Shown here piece after piece: positions 13,218 through 27,616 of a DNA stretch of 64,000 nucleotides. Under the pieces are notes generated by a model. That model was given only the letters and a program-made list of their open reading frames with translations, had not been told where the DNA came from and searched no databases. Source of the DNA: Octopus vulgaris (Eukaryota). Within the stretch, counting starts at the first letter, position 1; every line of letters starts with the position of its first letter. The position numbers and the translations under genes were made by a program. Where the stretch lies: contig OX597820.1 in NCBI GenBank assembly GCA_951406725.2, positions 36,270,001-36,334,000 on the forward strand. Reading direction: 5' to 3'.

Positions 13218-13779
13218 TATGTATATATATATATAATGTTGATAGTATATATATATACATACATATCTCTATCTATCTGTCTAATATTATATCTACCTTG
13301 GGAAACAAAACTTTTCCTGGACACTTACAGTATGTGTGTGTGTAAGTATGTATGTATGTATGTATGTATATATTACTGTATAACATTTTTTCTTCTATGG
13401 TTTCACTTGTTTCCCTCATTGGATTGTGGGTATACTTGAGCATTACTTTGAAAGGTTTAATTGAACAAATGAGCTGCAGTATTTTAAAAAACAAAAGATT
13501 TATTTTGCTTAATCTATTGCTCTTTTTTGTGCTGAACTTAGGTTAAGGGGAATTAAACAAACTAATATCAGTTGCCAAGTGGTAGAGAGAAAAACACACA
13601 CACACATGCATTTACTGCAATATATTGCAGTGCTGGAGTTTAACGACCAGTAATGTAGTATATATATGTATATATATATTCATCTATATAAATATATATA
13701 TATATATATTTACATGCATATATGTATACATATATGCATTGTATATTATTATACATGATGGACTCTCCTGTCGTTAGAT

Positions 13780-14050
13780 GACATATGAGTGTTTAACAAT
13801 TTCTTACCAAACAACCACACAGATGATTTGTTTATAGTGATCAAATGTTTGTGTAGACACAAGCTCACTCTCTCCATCAGATAAACATTCCCTGTACAGA
13901 TGCAACAGGTTCCACATGCTGGATGTCAAAATGATCGTAGAGCAACGTGAAATGAAGGGCTTTGCTCAAGAACACAATGCTATGTGCAGTCAGGGAATCG
14001 AACCCACAATCTCACAATTGTGAGTGCAACACCACTAAACCTAGCACCTT
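13780..14050 (-). mobile_element. Degenerate tRNA-derived SINE
   Basis: Minus strand GGTTCGATTCCC B box followed by TTGTGTTCTTGAGCAAAGC. Confidence 0.55.
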
Positions 14051-14070
14051 CATGATATTATATATATATA

Positions 14071-14192
14071 AGGTTGAGGAAAAGGTTCATGCACCAAGTT
14101 AAAATACTGTGTTTTTTTATATATTTTTGTGGTGTGTTTGTTCACTCAGTTCATTATTTTAACATGGTGCACAAACTTTTTACCTCAACCTA
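14071..14192. mobile_element. mariner-type MITE
   Basis: ~35-bp TIRs AGGTTGAGGAAAAGGTTCATGCACC / GGTGCACAAACTTTTTACCTCAACCT within TA repeats. Confidence 0.65.
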
Positions 14193-14237
<45 letters not shown>

Positions 14238-14271
14238 TCTTTATTAGACACACAGGGCTGCACACAGACGG

Positions 14272-14320
<49 letters not shown>

Positions 14321-14424
14321 TACTATCAAAACTGATATTTTATATTTGCTCTCCATGTTGGATGGGTATTCATTGTCCGAGTCAGTTTATGTTTGAAGTT
14401 GTTGCTCACCTAAGTAGGTTACAG

Positions 14425-15033
14425 GCACCATACACACATACTCCACGCATACACTCACACAAACATATCTCCCTCTCCACACACACTCACACAAACATTC
14501 CCCCACACATACCCACTCATACAAATATATCCCTCCCCACACACATGCACTCACGCAAACATAACCACATACATACACACACCCACACAAACATACACCC
14601 CATATACACAAATATACTCCTCCCCTATGCACACTCACTCACACAAACATTTCACTCCCACACACACATACACAAATACTCATACAAATAGTACCTCACA
14701 TATACACACACTCACACAGACATATCCCTCCCCTATGGACACACATGCAAACATATCCCTCCCCTACACACACACACTCACACAAACATACCCCCACATA
14801 CCCACACAAGTATACCCCCACATACACACATGAACATATCCCTCACCCACCCCCACATATACATACACTCACACAAACATGCTCTCCCACACACACATTC
14901 ACACAGATATACCCTCACATACACACACACGAACCTATCCCTCCCTCGCCCTACACACACACTCACACAAACATGCCCCCCCCCACACACACACATAAAC
15001 ATACACCACCACCACTACCACCACCACACACAC
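14425..15033. repeat. CA-rich degenerate minisatellite (CACACTCACACAAACAT-like units)
   Basis: Direct reading. Confidence 0.8.
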
Positions 15034-15518
15034 AACATCTGGATCAAGAAGTAAAGGTTGCCATGTCTGCAATACAAGGGCATATGTAAACATGGCATGA
15101 AAATAACTAACATCAGCCCTGTCACCGACAAAACAACCTTGGAGTACAACACTGGGAAAACAACAAATTCCACAGAAATTACAAACCAAAGAACAAAACC
15201 ATCAAAAGATCTGACTGGAAAAAATAGCAAGGGGAAGTTACATCTTCTCATATGAAAACCACACACACAAAACATTCCCACAGTTGTATGCTAAAACTGT
15301 GGACAATGCTGAAGGTCAAGGAGTGGACTAATTCTCATTTCATAAGGTGTTCTATACCATTGTCTCATCATTATTCACCATAATCTGTAAGTTCAGATAA
15401 TTATAAACATGTATAAATGTATATAATAATGCTATACATATAGATTCACTTATTTGTGTGTGGGGGGTGAGAGAAAGAGAATGTGAGTTTATGATATACT
15501 TTTTCAATAAGTCTAAGT

Positions 15519-15920
15519 CAATGGCTCTCAATTGGGATCCCTATGACCCTGGGGGAGAGGATCCGTATTAGATTTTTTTCAGTGGAGTCCACAACATAAG
15601 CAAAATAGTAAATTGGGGATCTATAGCAGTGTCTTAAGGATCCACACAAAAATTTTGCTTTTGGTATATTTATTGCAAGAAACAAATAGGTTTTTTTTTT
15701 AACATTTTACATAGTTTAACATGTTTCCAGCCACTGAAAACATGTTCTCTCAGAAAGTGCCATTGCAGACCTGCACAAGTGAACTTGTGAAAAATAAAAT
15801 AGGAATTCTGAAAGAAGTATCTATAAAATTAACTTTTAAATATTGAAAGCGTATGGAGATCCACCAGAATTAAAATAGCAATTGAAGGGGTCCATAGATA
15901 TAAATTGGCTGGGAGTCACT
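15519..15920. mobile_element. Possible hAT-type MITE remnant
   Basis: Imperfect termini CAATGGCTCTCAA ... TGGGAGTCACTA with subterminal GGGG(G)TCC motifs. Confidence 0.4.
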
Positions 15921-16636
15921 AGCTTAAGTGAAAAACATAAAAAAGGATGAGAAATTAAGATAATTAGTAGTTTTTACAAACATGTATGTACATATACACA
16001 AATGTCTGCTTATGTGTGTATATTTCTGAGTATGTGTACATATATTTCTGTATACATGTATTTATGTTTACATATATGTATGAATAAATATAAATTCATC
16101 TATATATATTCCTATATATATACAAGAATACATACATTCACACACATCAGATACATATCTATACATGTGTACACATAAATATTATTATTAGGAAGTTGGA
16201 CAGGCAGAATCATTAAAGTGTTGGACAAAATGCCTTGTAATATTTCTTCAGACTCCTTAAATTCTGAGTTCAAATCCTACAAAGGGTAACTTTGCCTCAC
16301 ATCCTTCTGAAATCAATAAATAAAGTACTAGTCAATTACTGAGGTCGATGGCAATGACTAAACCCTCAAAATTCTAGTTTGTATTATAATGATAAGTACT
16401 ATTTCTGTTGTTGATAATGATAATTATGTTGTTCTTGATGGTGTTGTTGTTGTTGTTATTTTTATACCATTTAAGTACTGGGATCACTGTAATTGACTTC
16501 TCATGGGCCTCAAAATTGCTGTCTTTGTGCCTGAATTAGAAACATTATTATTATTATTATCATTATTATTATTGTTATTATCATCATCATTATTGTTATT
16601 ATTATTAATTATTTATTATTATTATTATCATCATCA

Positions 16637-16740
<104 letters not shown>

Positions 16741-16742
16741 GA

Positions 16743-16945
16743 AGGTGGTGAGCTAGCAGAATTGTTAGCACGCTAGGTGCAATGCTTGTTGGTATTCCAT
16801 CTGTTTTTACATTCTGAGTTCAAATTCTGCCAGGATCGACTTTGCCTTTCATCCTTTCAGAATTGATAGAATAAGTGCCTGTCAAATGTAATCCACTTCC
16901 TCTTTCCCCAAAAAACTACTGACCCTGTAATAAATTTTGAAACCA
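16743..16945 (+). mobile_element. tRNA-derived SINE (family C, Meta-domain-like core)
   Basis: GAGTTCAAATTC B box plus TCGACTTTGCCTTTCATCCTTTC..GATA core; relatives at ~16190-16380, 18470-18650, 20660-20870, 20890-21095 and 35700-35905, usually next to (ATT)n. Confidence 0.6.
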
Positions 16946-17448
16946 TTATTATTATTATGCTAGTGTATGCTAATTTAGCAGGTATTTTTATCTTGAGGTT
17001 TCATGACAACAAGACTCCTCAAATCTCAAGAATCTTCCTTAGGGTTCTTGAAGAATATTGAATGGGTTTTTTTCTGCAGATCAACAATGTAAGCTTCAAT
17101 TCCAATTTCTTTCAGTCTTTTAGGTAGCATTTTGGATGTTGTGCCAAGTACACCAATTACCATAGGAGTAATTGTTGTCTCAGTCTTCTGTGATTTCATC
17201 AGTTCTCTGGCTAGGTCCTGGTGTTTCCCAATTTTTTGCCATTTCCTTGGTATTGCTTCTGCCTATCATAAGGAATTGCAAAATCTATGAACTTGCACTC
17301 TTTGTTTATTTTGTCCTCTATAATCATGTCTGGTCTTCTTGCCTCAGAAATATAGTCGCTCTTTATGGCAAAGTCCCATAAGATTTTGTAATTCTCATTT
17401 TCTATCACAGCCTCTGGTTCATGTTCAAATCACTTGTCTGCTGTTTTA

Positions 17449-17612
17449 TATTTAAGAAATGAGGAATTATATACATTATTTACATTCAACGGATATTTGT
17501 CCTCATCTTATTTGTTGTTAACAAAACGTTTTAGCTGATATACCCTCCAGCCTTCTTCAGGTGTCTTGAAGAAATTTCGAACCTGGGTTCTCATCCCTAA
17601 GGTATTTTTCGA

Positions 17613-17646
<34 letters not shown>

Positions 17647-17859
17647 GCTATTGTTCAGGTCACTGCTTGGAATCAAACTCAGAATCTTGGGGTTAGTAGC
17701 CAATGCTTTTAACCACTACACTATATACCCATGGGCATATGGTGTATGGCCACGGGCATATGGTGTAGTGGTTAAGAGTGTGGGCTACTAACCCCAAGAT
17801 TCCGAGTTTGATTCCAAGCAGTGACCTGAACAATAGCAATAATAATAATAATAATGATG

Positions 17860-17890
<31 letters not shown>

Positions 17891-18038
17891 CATCGAAAAA
17901 TACCTTAGGAATGAGAACCCAGGTTCAAAATTTCCCCCAAGACACCTGAAGAAGGCTGGAGGGTATATCAGCCGAAACATGTTAACAACAAACAAGATGA
18001 GGACAAATATCCATCGAATGTAAATAATGTAAATAATA
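17449..18038. mobile_element. Inverted dimer of a tRNA-headed, hammerhead-tailed SINE with an 18-bp TSD
   Basis: Each arm is tRNA-like head + (AAT)n + hammerhead tail; TSD CACTT(G/T)TCTGCTGTTTTA at 17431-17448 and 18039-18056. Confidence 0.8.
17941..17983 (+). ncRNA. Minimal hammerhead motif (inverted copy at 17520-17565; both copies partly mutated)
   Basis: gacac-CTGAAGA-A-GGCTG gagggtatat CAGCC-GAAAC. Confidence 0.7.
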
Positions 18039-20364
18039 CACTTTTCTGCTGTTTTAAAGCCAGATACTCAACTAACATCTCAATGCACTCTTTTGCTTAC
18101 ACAGTCATGTCTGCAATTGTACTCCTTTTGTTCTAGTATGCTGCACTTACTCAAAATGTGATTGATATGCTTGTCTTCTTTCCAGCAGATTCTATATTTG
18201 CTATTTGACAGATTTGTTCTAAGGGCTTGTTCCTGAGTTGCTATGATTAACATTTCTGTTTCTCGTTTTAAGTTTCCATCCATCAAACAACACCAATGAG
18301 TTTCACTTCCAACATTTTGGGTTTGTTGCCTGAACAGGTCATGCAGTTCCACTTCTTTCCATTTTTTCATTCTGTTGTTCTTTCTTTTCTCTTTGAATTC
18401 TCCAATTGTTCTTAGTCACTTTTTGCTATTTCTTGTTGCTATTATTATGAACATGATGATGATGATGATCATGTCAAAAAAGCACTTTGTAATATTTATT
18501 TTGGTTCTTTACATTCTGTATTCAAATCTTGCCAAGGTTAACTTTCCTCTTCATTCTTTTGGGGTTCTTAAAATAAAGTACCAATCAAGCATTGGTGTCC
18601 ATGTAATTGACTTATACACGCCCTTCAAAACTACTGGCCTTGTGCATACATTAGACAGTGTTACTATTATTAATATTGTATCATATGGTGTGGAGACATA
18701 TTTTGTTTTCTCTCTGAAACACAGTCTTACTTTATTATTACCAAATTAAATTTTCTTTGGAGTATTTGTTAAAAAGGATTATAATATCCAAGGAAAGCCT
18801 TCTTATTATATTCAGGGTATAAATAAAAAATAAGTTTGTTTTTAGAGACTTTATTTTATATGCTTACATTATACTGGACATCACTTTACATTCTGAATAA
18901 TTACCAGACACAAACATGGTACAAGGCAAAATATTACAATAACAAAATATTAAAGTAACAAAAATAAATTACACAACTGAATGAAGAAAAAAAAAGAAAG
19001 AAAGAAAGACAGGAACATTTTAAAGAACAATTATTATAAAAATATTTCAAACAGTCTAACAAATAATTTTGAAAATAATAATGAAAATAACGACAACATT
19101 GGTGACATTTGCTGATTGTAAGACATCTTAGATGATATAGTGACTCTGTTAATGCTAATCTTGCCTCAGTTGAAACAAGCAAAATTTTACATTTAACACA
19201 GTTCTTGGGAAAAAAATTAAGTTTGGAAAATTCTGTAAAGACCAAGTTCTTTTATATTGTTTTTTGCTGCTGAATCTAAATCAAGAGGGAGCAGAGAAAA
19301 AATTACATATCTATGTTTTAAAAAAGATGGTTCCAGAATAGTATTACTTTTAATTAAATTAAGATTAAAATTGAAAGTGGGAAAAAGTTATAGCACTGGC
19401 TACTGCACATTTAAAACTGAAACCTCAGCTAAAACACAGTCTGACACTGTTAGATATACCTCCATACACACACTTGTGTCCACATATATAGGAGCAAAGA
19501 AACATAAGGGTGATTTTAAGAGACATTGGAAATGATGTGGATCTGTGGCTGGTTTATCCTTTTTGTATTGCAGTATGAACAGGTGAATAAAGCAGGGCTG
19601 ATGAGAGGTAAGATGTTGTCTGGAGCATCAAAACGATTTTACAGTTCTTAGTGACCACCAAAGGACATAGTGCTATACTAGAACAGTACTTAGTTAACAG
19701 CATTGAAATAAAATGCATAAAGTTGATGCTCCAAAACAAGCCTAGCTTTCATTTATGTTGTAATAAGAACCACCACAGAGCCTTCTACTCTGAAGGACTA
19801 GAAAGAATAAAACAGAAAATGAGAAAGGAAAACAATGAAGTCAAATTGAGGCAAAAACAAACTCCTGTTTCCTAAGTAGCATTTTCACAGTTCTGGGAAT
19901 AGTGGAAGTTGTCTCATGCCTAGTCATAGAGACAGAAAAACAGACATCCTGCCCCTTAACAGCAACCAGTAACACCACTCCGTAGTCATATGGCAAAGAA
20001 GAGGTAATAGTTGCAGAGGAAAGTGTCCAAACTGTCAGCAAAAATTTTAAAAAAGACCTCAGCATAAAACAATTAAAAGGAGTGATGTGAAATAACTTCC
20101 TCAAAACAACAATGATGCCCCTCCTTGGAATAATAATGAAGATGAAGAGGAAGAGGAAGAGGAAGAGCTGAGAGACAGAAATCAGATAGACAACAGGTAA
20201 ACCCACACAACTGTCATGCCAAGAATATTTTAATGAACTGAAAGTGACAGAGGAGCAACTGGTAATAAAGGAAACATGCAAAAGACAGGTTAGTAAAAAC
20301 AAAACAAAGACATAACAAACTAGAATAGTCCTACTCTGAAAATGTGGTTATTTTTTTTTTTTTT

Positions 20365-20620
20365 AAATGGTTAACAGCACTATCTTTTGAATTTCTGCCA
20401 TTTTGGGGTTTCCTGGTATCTGGGTTAGGTAGCAATCAGCTCCTTTTGCTATCATTCCCAGGGCACCTATGACAACAGGTATTGTCTTAGTCTTCAGGTT
20501 CCACATTTCTATTTCAAGATCTTTATATTTGCTCAGTTTTTGGTAGGTCTTGACAGATACATTTATATCGATTGGGACAGTCATGTCAATGAAGAAGCAT
20601 GATTTTTGTCTGAAGTCTTT
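20365..20620 (-). mobile_element. Dong/R4 RLE-domain fragment, same family as 648-2900
   Basis: IDMTVPIDINVSVKTYQKLSKYKDLEIE nearly identical to ORF 2256-2642. Confidence 0.88.
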
Positions 20621-21097
20621 CTTCTTCTTCTTCTTCTTCTTATTATTATTATTATTAGGTATGGTAAATTGGTAGAATTGCAAGAGCAGTAGACAAAATG
20701 TTTAGTGGCATTTTTCCTGCTCTTTACTTTCTGGGTTCAAATGCTGCCAAGGATGATTTTGCTTTTCATTCTTTTGGAGTCATTAACTTAAAGTGCCAGT
20801 CAAGTACAGAGGTCAATGTAATCTATTAGCTTCTTTCTTTAAAATTTCTGGTTTTGAGAAAAATTTGAAACAATTATTAATTTTATTTAGGACAGCAGAT
20901 TGGCAAAACACTTTGAGAATTGGATAAAGCCTTGGGTGTCTGTTCTAGCTCCTTAGAGTTCAATTCCTACTAGGCCAGCTTTGCTTTTTGTCCCTCCAGG
21001 TTTGGTGAAATAAAGTATCTGCCAAATCCTGGGGTGAATGGTGTCAAGTAACTCCCTTTCCCACAAATTTCAGGCTTTGTATCTATGTTAGAAACAA

Positions 21098-21148
<51 letters not shown>

Positions 21149-21149
<1 letters not shown>

Positions 21150-21561
21150 GCCTTTGCACAGCTTCTAATGCTGGAGATGTACTACGGTGTCAGCTGTTCA
21201 CTACTAGTGAACTAAAGTAATACATCTTATTTTTCAAGCATCTTCCGGAGTATTCGAGCAATTCCAAGCAGTGTTGTTTTCTGCAAGTGCTCCACCCTTA
21301 TTGCAGCCCCTATTTGTTCCATGTACTTCTCAAGATTTTTACTCACTGTTCCCAGGGCTCCGACAATTATTGGTACTACTACCACCTTTTTCATTGACCA
21401 CAACTGCCTAACCTCCTATACTAGCCTGTCATATCTATGGACTTTTCTTTCTTCCTTATCACATACCTTGTTGTCAGCTGGGCATGCTATATCTATGATC
21501 CAGCATAGTTTTTTCTTTCTCAATTAAGACTATATCTGGCTTTCTATTCTCTATCTCGTGG

Positions 21562-21565
<4 letters not shown>
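21149..21565 (-). mobile_element. Dong/R4 RLE 3' fragment, another family
   Basis: Minus strand DHEIENRKPDIV..IIDIACP..PIIVGALG; (ATT)n on both sides. Confidence 0.75.
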
Positions 21566-21622
<57 letters not shown>

Positions 21623-22269
21623 CATTATTATTATTATTATTACTGAGTGAGAGAGCGGTTCATGCCATCAAAGTGATACTGGGGTAAAATATATGAAGCC
21701 CAGTATACCCATATGACTGGTTAAGGTCAAACAACTGACAAGCAAATCTATGGTATTGAGCAAAATATTTGCTGTAGCTCATCTTTTATACCAAGACAAA
21801 GCAATGTACATGATAACACTTCCCATCAGTTAAGATAGGAAGCCATGAGAGCTACTGCCTGGTACTGCATCAGGGCATTTATTATTATTATTGTTGTTGT
21901 TGTTGTTGTTGTCAGCAGTGGTGTCAACATCATCATCATCTTCATCATCATCATCATCATCATCATTACTGTCATTGCCAGTGTTGCTGTTGTTTCCTTA
22001 TTTGGTTATTTTGTACACTCACTTGGTGAGTTATTATCCATGTCTTAAGTCAAGAGAAAGTAAATGATTTAATAGGTTTTAACTTCATGAACTGCCTTCT
22101 TCATTGAACATTCAGCATTTCAATGCATCACAAAAACACGTTGTTAAAGAAAGAAGATGCTTTATTATGTGAGATAAGAATTTAAAACAGTGTTCTGATA
22201 CATATTTCATATAAAATATTAAAAAAGATTGGTGTATCTGTCAGACAAAAATATAAGTATGCCAGTAGG

Positions 22270-22680
22270 GGCTGGAGCAGCTGTGTGGTAAGAAGCTTGC
22301 TTCCCAACCATATGGTTCCAGGTTCATTTCCACTCTGTGGCACCTTGGGCAAGTGTATTCTACTATAACCTCAGGCCAACCAAAGCCTTGTGAGTGGATT
22401 TCATAGACAGAAACTGAAAGAAATCCATCTTATATATATATTTATGTGTATGTGTGGTTTTATGTCTGTGCTTGTCTCCACCATCATCGCCTGTCAACCA
22501 ATGTCAGTGTAATTATATCCCTGTAACTTAGCAGTTTAACAAAAGAGCCCAATAGAATAAGTACTAGGCTTACAAAGAATAAGTCCTGGTGTTAATTACT
22601 TTGACTAAAATCCCTTTAAGGCGGTGCTCCAGCATGGCTGCAGTAAAAATGACTGAAACAGTAAAAGAATAAAAGAATAA
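22270..22680 (+). mobile_element. SINE family A, full-length
   Basis: GCTGTGTGGTAAGAAGCTTGC head, internal TA/TG repeat, GGCGGTGCTCCAGCATGG and (AAAGAAT)n tail. Confidence 0.75.
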
Positions 22681-23136
22681 AAGTAGTGTAAAGTGCAAAC
22701 ACAAATGCAGAGGTGTAACATTCATCATCATCATCATTTAACGTCCGTTTTTTCATGCTAGCATGGGTTGGACAGTTCAACCAGGGTCTGGAACCCATGG
22801 AGGCTGCACCAGGCTCTAGTCTGATTTGGCAGTGTTTCTACAGCTGGATGCCGTTCCTAACGCCAACCACTCCATGAGTGTAGTAGGTGTTTTTTACATG
22901 CCACCAGCACAGGGCCAGAGCAGGCTGAGCATAAAATGATATTGGCTATAAATTTGTAACTATCTAAATTCAAACATGGCTATGGCTCAAGAAGCTTGTT
23001 TTGCAAGCATGTGGTTTTGTGTTCAAATTGATTGCATGGCATTTTGAGTAGGTGTCTTCTACTATATCCCTGGGCCTATCATTGCCTTGTGAGTAAATTT
23101 AATAGACAGAAACTATGTGGAAGTTCATCATATATA

Positions 23137-24133
23137 TTGGGTCATCCCATAAATAATGCATTTTTATACTTCTTTCATTTCTCAAAACTAAGATACACAA
23201 AGTTCTTTTTTAATCTAAAATATACTCTCCTTCATTTTCAACAATGTTCTTCCATCTATCTGGTAGACTTGCAAAGCCCCTCTTCCAAAATTCACTTGTA
23301 CATGATGAACATTACTCCTCTAGTACTGTTCTGACCTTGTCTACAGAATTCATATTTTTCCTGTCCAAATCATTTTGAAGACTGGAGAATAAATGATAAT
23401 CTGATGAGACAATGTCTGGTGAATATGGTGGTTGGGGCATCGTTTCCCATTTAAACTGTTCCAGCCTTTGGAATGTCATTCTTGCTGTATGTGGCTGAGC
23501 ATTATCTTGATAGAACACCTTTCATCTTGAAACTAAAGATGGTTGTTTTTCTTCAAGTGCTGACTTCGGCTGCTCAAGCTACTTGCAGTAGATCTCTTTT
23601 GTTACCATTTGGTTTGAGTTTAAAAGTTTAAAGTGGACTAAACCTTTCATATCCCACCAAACAGATAACAACACTTTATGTGGGTGAAGACCTTCTTTAG
23701 CCTGGGGTGCTGCTGAATGGTTGAATGACCAACAGTTCCTCTACGGTTACGATCTACAGATCTTCTTGAGGCTCATCATCTGGGCTGTAGTTTCTGGCTT
23801 GGAATTTCTGGAACTACCATTGATACTGGCTTACACTTATTGTCTGATCCCCACATACTGCATCATTATTCCTCACACTTTCTGTTGTGTTGTTGCCTTT
23901 ATTGAGTTCATAAAGCAAAATATGCTGAATATGCTCCTTTGTCACTTCTATTATAGCTTTGAAAAAATAACTGTTAAAATCGAACTGCACTCTTCAAAAC
24001 TTGCACTAAGAATAAGGACACGGTAAAATTACTACCTGTTTTTACTGCAAGTTGATGCAAGTAGTTTATCCTATCCCCCTTCAACTTTATTTCATGCAAT
24101 TGGAAAAACTACATTATTTATGGGATGATGCAA
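23137..24133 (-). mobile_element. Decayed mariner element (DD34D)
   Basis: TIRs TTGGGTCATCCCATAAATAATG / CATTATTTATGGGATGATGCAA, TA-flanked; QDNAQPH...PPYSPDIVSSDYHLF. Confidence 0.85.
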
Positions 24134-24207
24134 TATATACTATATATATATATATATATATACATACACACATACACACACACATATATATATTATAGGA
24201 TGACCCA

Positions 24208-24246
<39 letters not shown>

Positions 24247-24248
<2 letters not shown>

Positions 24249-24505
24249 GAGGCGCAATGGCCCAGTGTTTAGGGCAGCAGACTCGCGGTTTCGATTCCCA
24301 GACCGGGCGTTCTGAGTGTTTGTTGAGTGAAAACAACTAAAGCTCAACGAGGCTCCGGCAGGGGGTGTTGGCGATCCCTGCTGTATTCTTTCACCACAAC
24401 TTTCTCTCACTCTTTCTTTTGTTGGCCTGCTCGCTTAGCCAGTGGGGTGGTGTCGTGACCAGTGATATGTAGCAACATCTGATAGCCTGGTCAGTCACGG
24501 TGATT
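24247..24505 (+). mobile_element. SINE family B
   Basis: Similar to 8136-8420. Confidence 0.75.
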
Positions 24506-25423
24506 ATGGTGATATATATATATGTATATGTATATATGGGATGATCCAATATATAGTCAATCAAGATATCTTTGGCCTGAAGATACTCTGGCGTAAGTTT
24601 ATTCAAGTTAGAATGTTTTGGTGTTATTATGATACTGTTCTGATAGAGACAACCATAAGAGAGAGGGTATCTCAAAAGAATGCATCAGCAGAAGGTGGAA
24701 AGGTGATTTGTGTTCAACATATACATACAGATGCAATACTTGGACATATTTTTAGTGTTGTATTCTGGAGTCACTTACAACATACACTCTCGTTCAGGTG
24801 ACCTGACCTAGATTGATTAAACCTAGGCATGTATCCAAGCAAGCAGCATTCTACTGGCTCCATTGATCACCTTTTTGGCCTGAGTTATCTAGGTACTTTC
24901 TCAGCAGCTTTTATGCTGTTCTTGACAGCTCTGCTTTTGCTCATTCCTGTAATGCCCAAGGTCTCATAGCCCTTTCTCAGAGCATGAATTGCAGACCCCT
25001 GATGCCAACTTCCACCAGCAAACACCTTGTCCTCTACCCATTATTGCAGCAGTTCTCCACCAACTTTGATGGATTTCACATTGAAAGTGTTGTGAATAAC
25101 ATTTGTTGTGTATGTAAAACAGCTTGACCTTAAAAGGAACTAAAATGTCATTGAACAATTAATAGTGGCTAAGGCCAGAGATTTGATAAATGAGAAGTTG
25201 AACGAGATGGAAAAGAAAGGTAGTGACAAGGAGGCAGATGATGAAGTATTAGATACCCTTGGTGGATTTACAACCAGACAGCTAAAGAAGGGTTTCTCTG
25301 TACTTGCTAATGGCAATGCAAATATTTAAACCTTTAACTCCAAAATTAAATGTCATGGCTATTCCAATAATCATCATCAACATCATCATCAACATCATAT
25401 CATCATCGTCATCGTCGTCGTTG

Positions 25424-25463
<40 letters not shown>

Positions 25464-27572
25464 TTAATGTCCATGCTCCATGCTGGTATGAGTTGGGCAG
25501 TTTGACAGGATATAAAATGTCCAAGGACTGCATCATGTTCAAATGTCTGTTTTGGTATGGTTCCTACTGCTGGTTGCCCTTCCTAATGCCAACCACTTTA
25601 TAGTGTGGACTGGGTGATTTTTTTTTCTTTTGTGCCACCTGCACTACTGTGGTCGTTATACAGCTTGCAGAACTACAAACATTGGGATGGCGTAGTCAGT
25701 TTCATGTCAATGGATGAGGGTGTTGAGCTGTGAGAAGTGGGAGGCAGTGCAGGTTCTTTTTGAGAATCTGCATGGCTACTCATCTAGTAGGGGAAAGGAG
25801 GAGAAAGAGAAAATGAACAATAGAAGCAAGAGATAGATAATGGTGATGAGATTCCTGGATGACAACATAAGGCGCGAGGTGGATGTTAAATATCAACCAA
25901 AAAATAGAATAGGTATTCTAGTGTCAATTTTGTAGAGTGTCACACATGACAGAACCTGCATGACATTCTACAATCTCACCACCTTTAAAGTGTCTGAGGC
26001 TGAGTCTGAAATACACTCCCCATATAGCTGTTCTTATATTCAATTGAGGATAATTGAAGAAAAAGACATGTCATGGCACCTGAATATTTACTTGCTATGT
26101 TAAAACCACCCCAAGGATTAAATTTCAAGCAGACATATCCTTTCTATCCCATATAATGCTATTTCTTCATACTGTTTCCAGTAATTGTATTGCATGAACA
26201 CATTTCTTACAAATGTAACAAAATAAATTATGTTCAAACATGAAAAATAAACCTTTGTTAAAAGGATAACAAAATTTTGTGTGGACATATCTGATTTACA
26301 TAGTAAAATGATGAAGGATATAGATGCTATAATCCAACGATTTCCATGGGTTGAAAGACAAATTAAAGTAGACTTGTCTTACTATAAATGAAAAGTAAAA
26401 GCATTCAGTTCAGTCTCTACCAGACATTTTTTGTATTTTCTCTAACTTGCTCATAATCATCTTCAGTTTTCAATACCTGTTGAGGTGTACAAAACAGTAA
26501 AAAACATTCATGGCAACCAACTCCAACTGATAAGGGGAGACACTATCAAGAATACTATGAAATATGCTGATAATGTTGAAGCAAAAATAAGTGATCACAG
26601 CAGACCTCTTGTCTCTAGACAACCAGAATGTATTTTCTTTAATGGCATGTCAGTTTCAGAGAATTCTTGATTCATGAGATTATCTCTCCTTCTCATTAGG
26701 CATTGGTTGCAATTGTCACAAGGTATTTGTTTATTCTCCTCTCAAAGAAAAGATAGTTTCAATAAATCAAGATTTCATCTTCTGTGGTATTTAACATACT
26801 TTTATTCATCTACATTCTTAAGTCATTTACATTCACATTTTCTTCATGTTTGTATACATATGTATGTGTACGTGTGTGTGTATGTGTGTATATATATATA
26901 TATATATACACACACATATATATATTCACATTCACACACACACACGCACACACAAACGCACACACACAAATGCACATGTTGATGGTTAGCTCATGCTATC
27001 ACATGATAGCTGTTTCACATTCAGCCTGATTGTTCTGATTTACTTTCATCCTTGGATATGTCTTTCAGACGGTGGTCTCCATACATTGTCCACAACTTTC
27101 ACCATGCATCCATAACTACAAAATTTTATAAAATACATAATAGAACAAGAAATTAAATGATGTTGAGACACCTCTAAATCACTGGATTTAAGTGGCAAAA
27201 GCTTGCACACATTTTTGTCATTCTCCCAGACACGGTAGTAGTTTTCAGTGACAAGCATTGCAAGATAACTGGTTCTATTTTGACTGCAAGTTTTATATAT
27301 TAGAAAAGATGCCTCCCCAATGACTTTGTCGAAAATAAAACAAATAACATACACACACACACAAATATCTATCTATCTGTCTATGTATGTATGTATGTAT
27401 GTATGTATGTATGTATGTATGCATGTATGTATGTATGTATGCATGCATCTATCTATCTATCTATCTATTTATCTATATATATACACACACATATATGCAT
27501 ACATACATGCATACATACATATATATATATATTCATATATATATACATATGTATATATATATATATATATAC

Positions 27573-27612
<40 letters not shown>

Positions 27613-27616
<4 letters not shown>

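Larger units (their letters stand above)
17030..18420 (-). mobile_element. Old Dong/R4 LINE remnant interrupted by the insertion at 17449-18038
   Basis: ORFs 18080-18370 (ETE..QEQAL, CRHD) and 17211-17408 (RRPDMII..IDFAIPYD). Confidence 0.8.
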
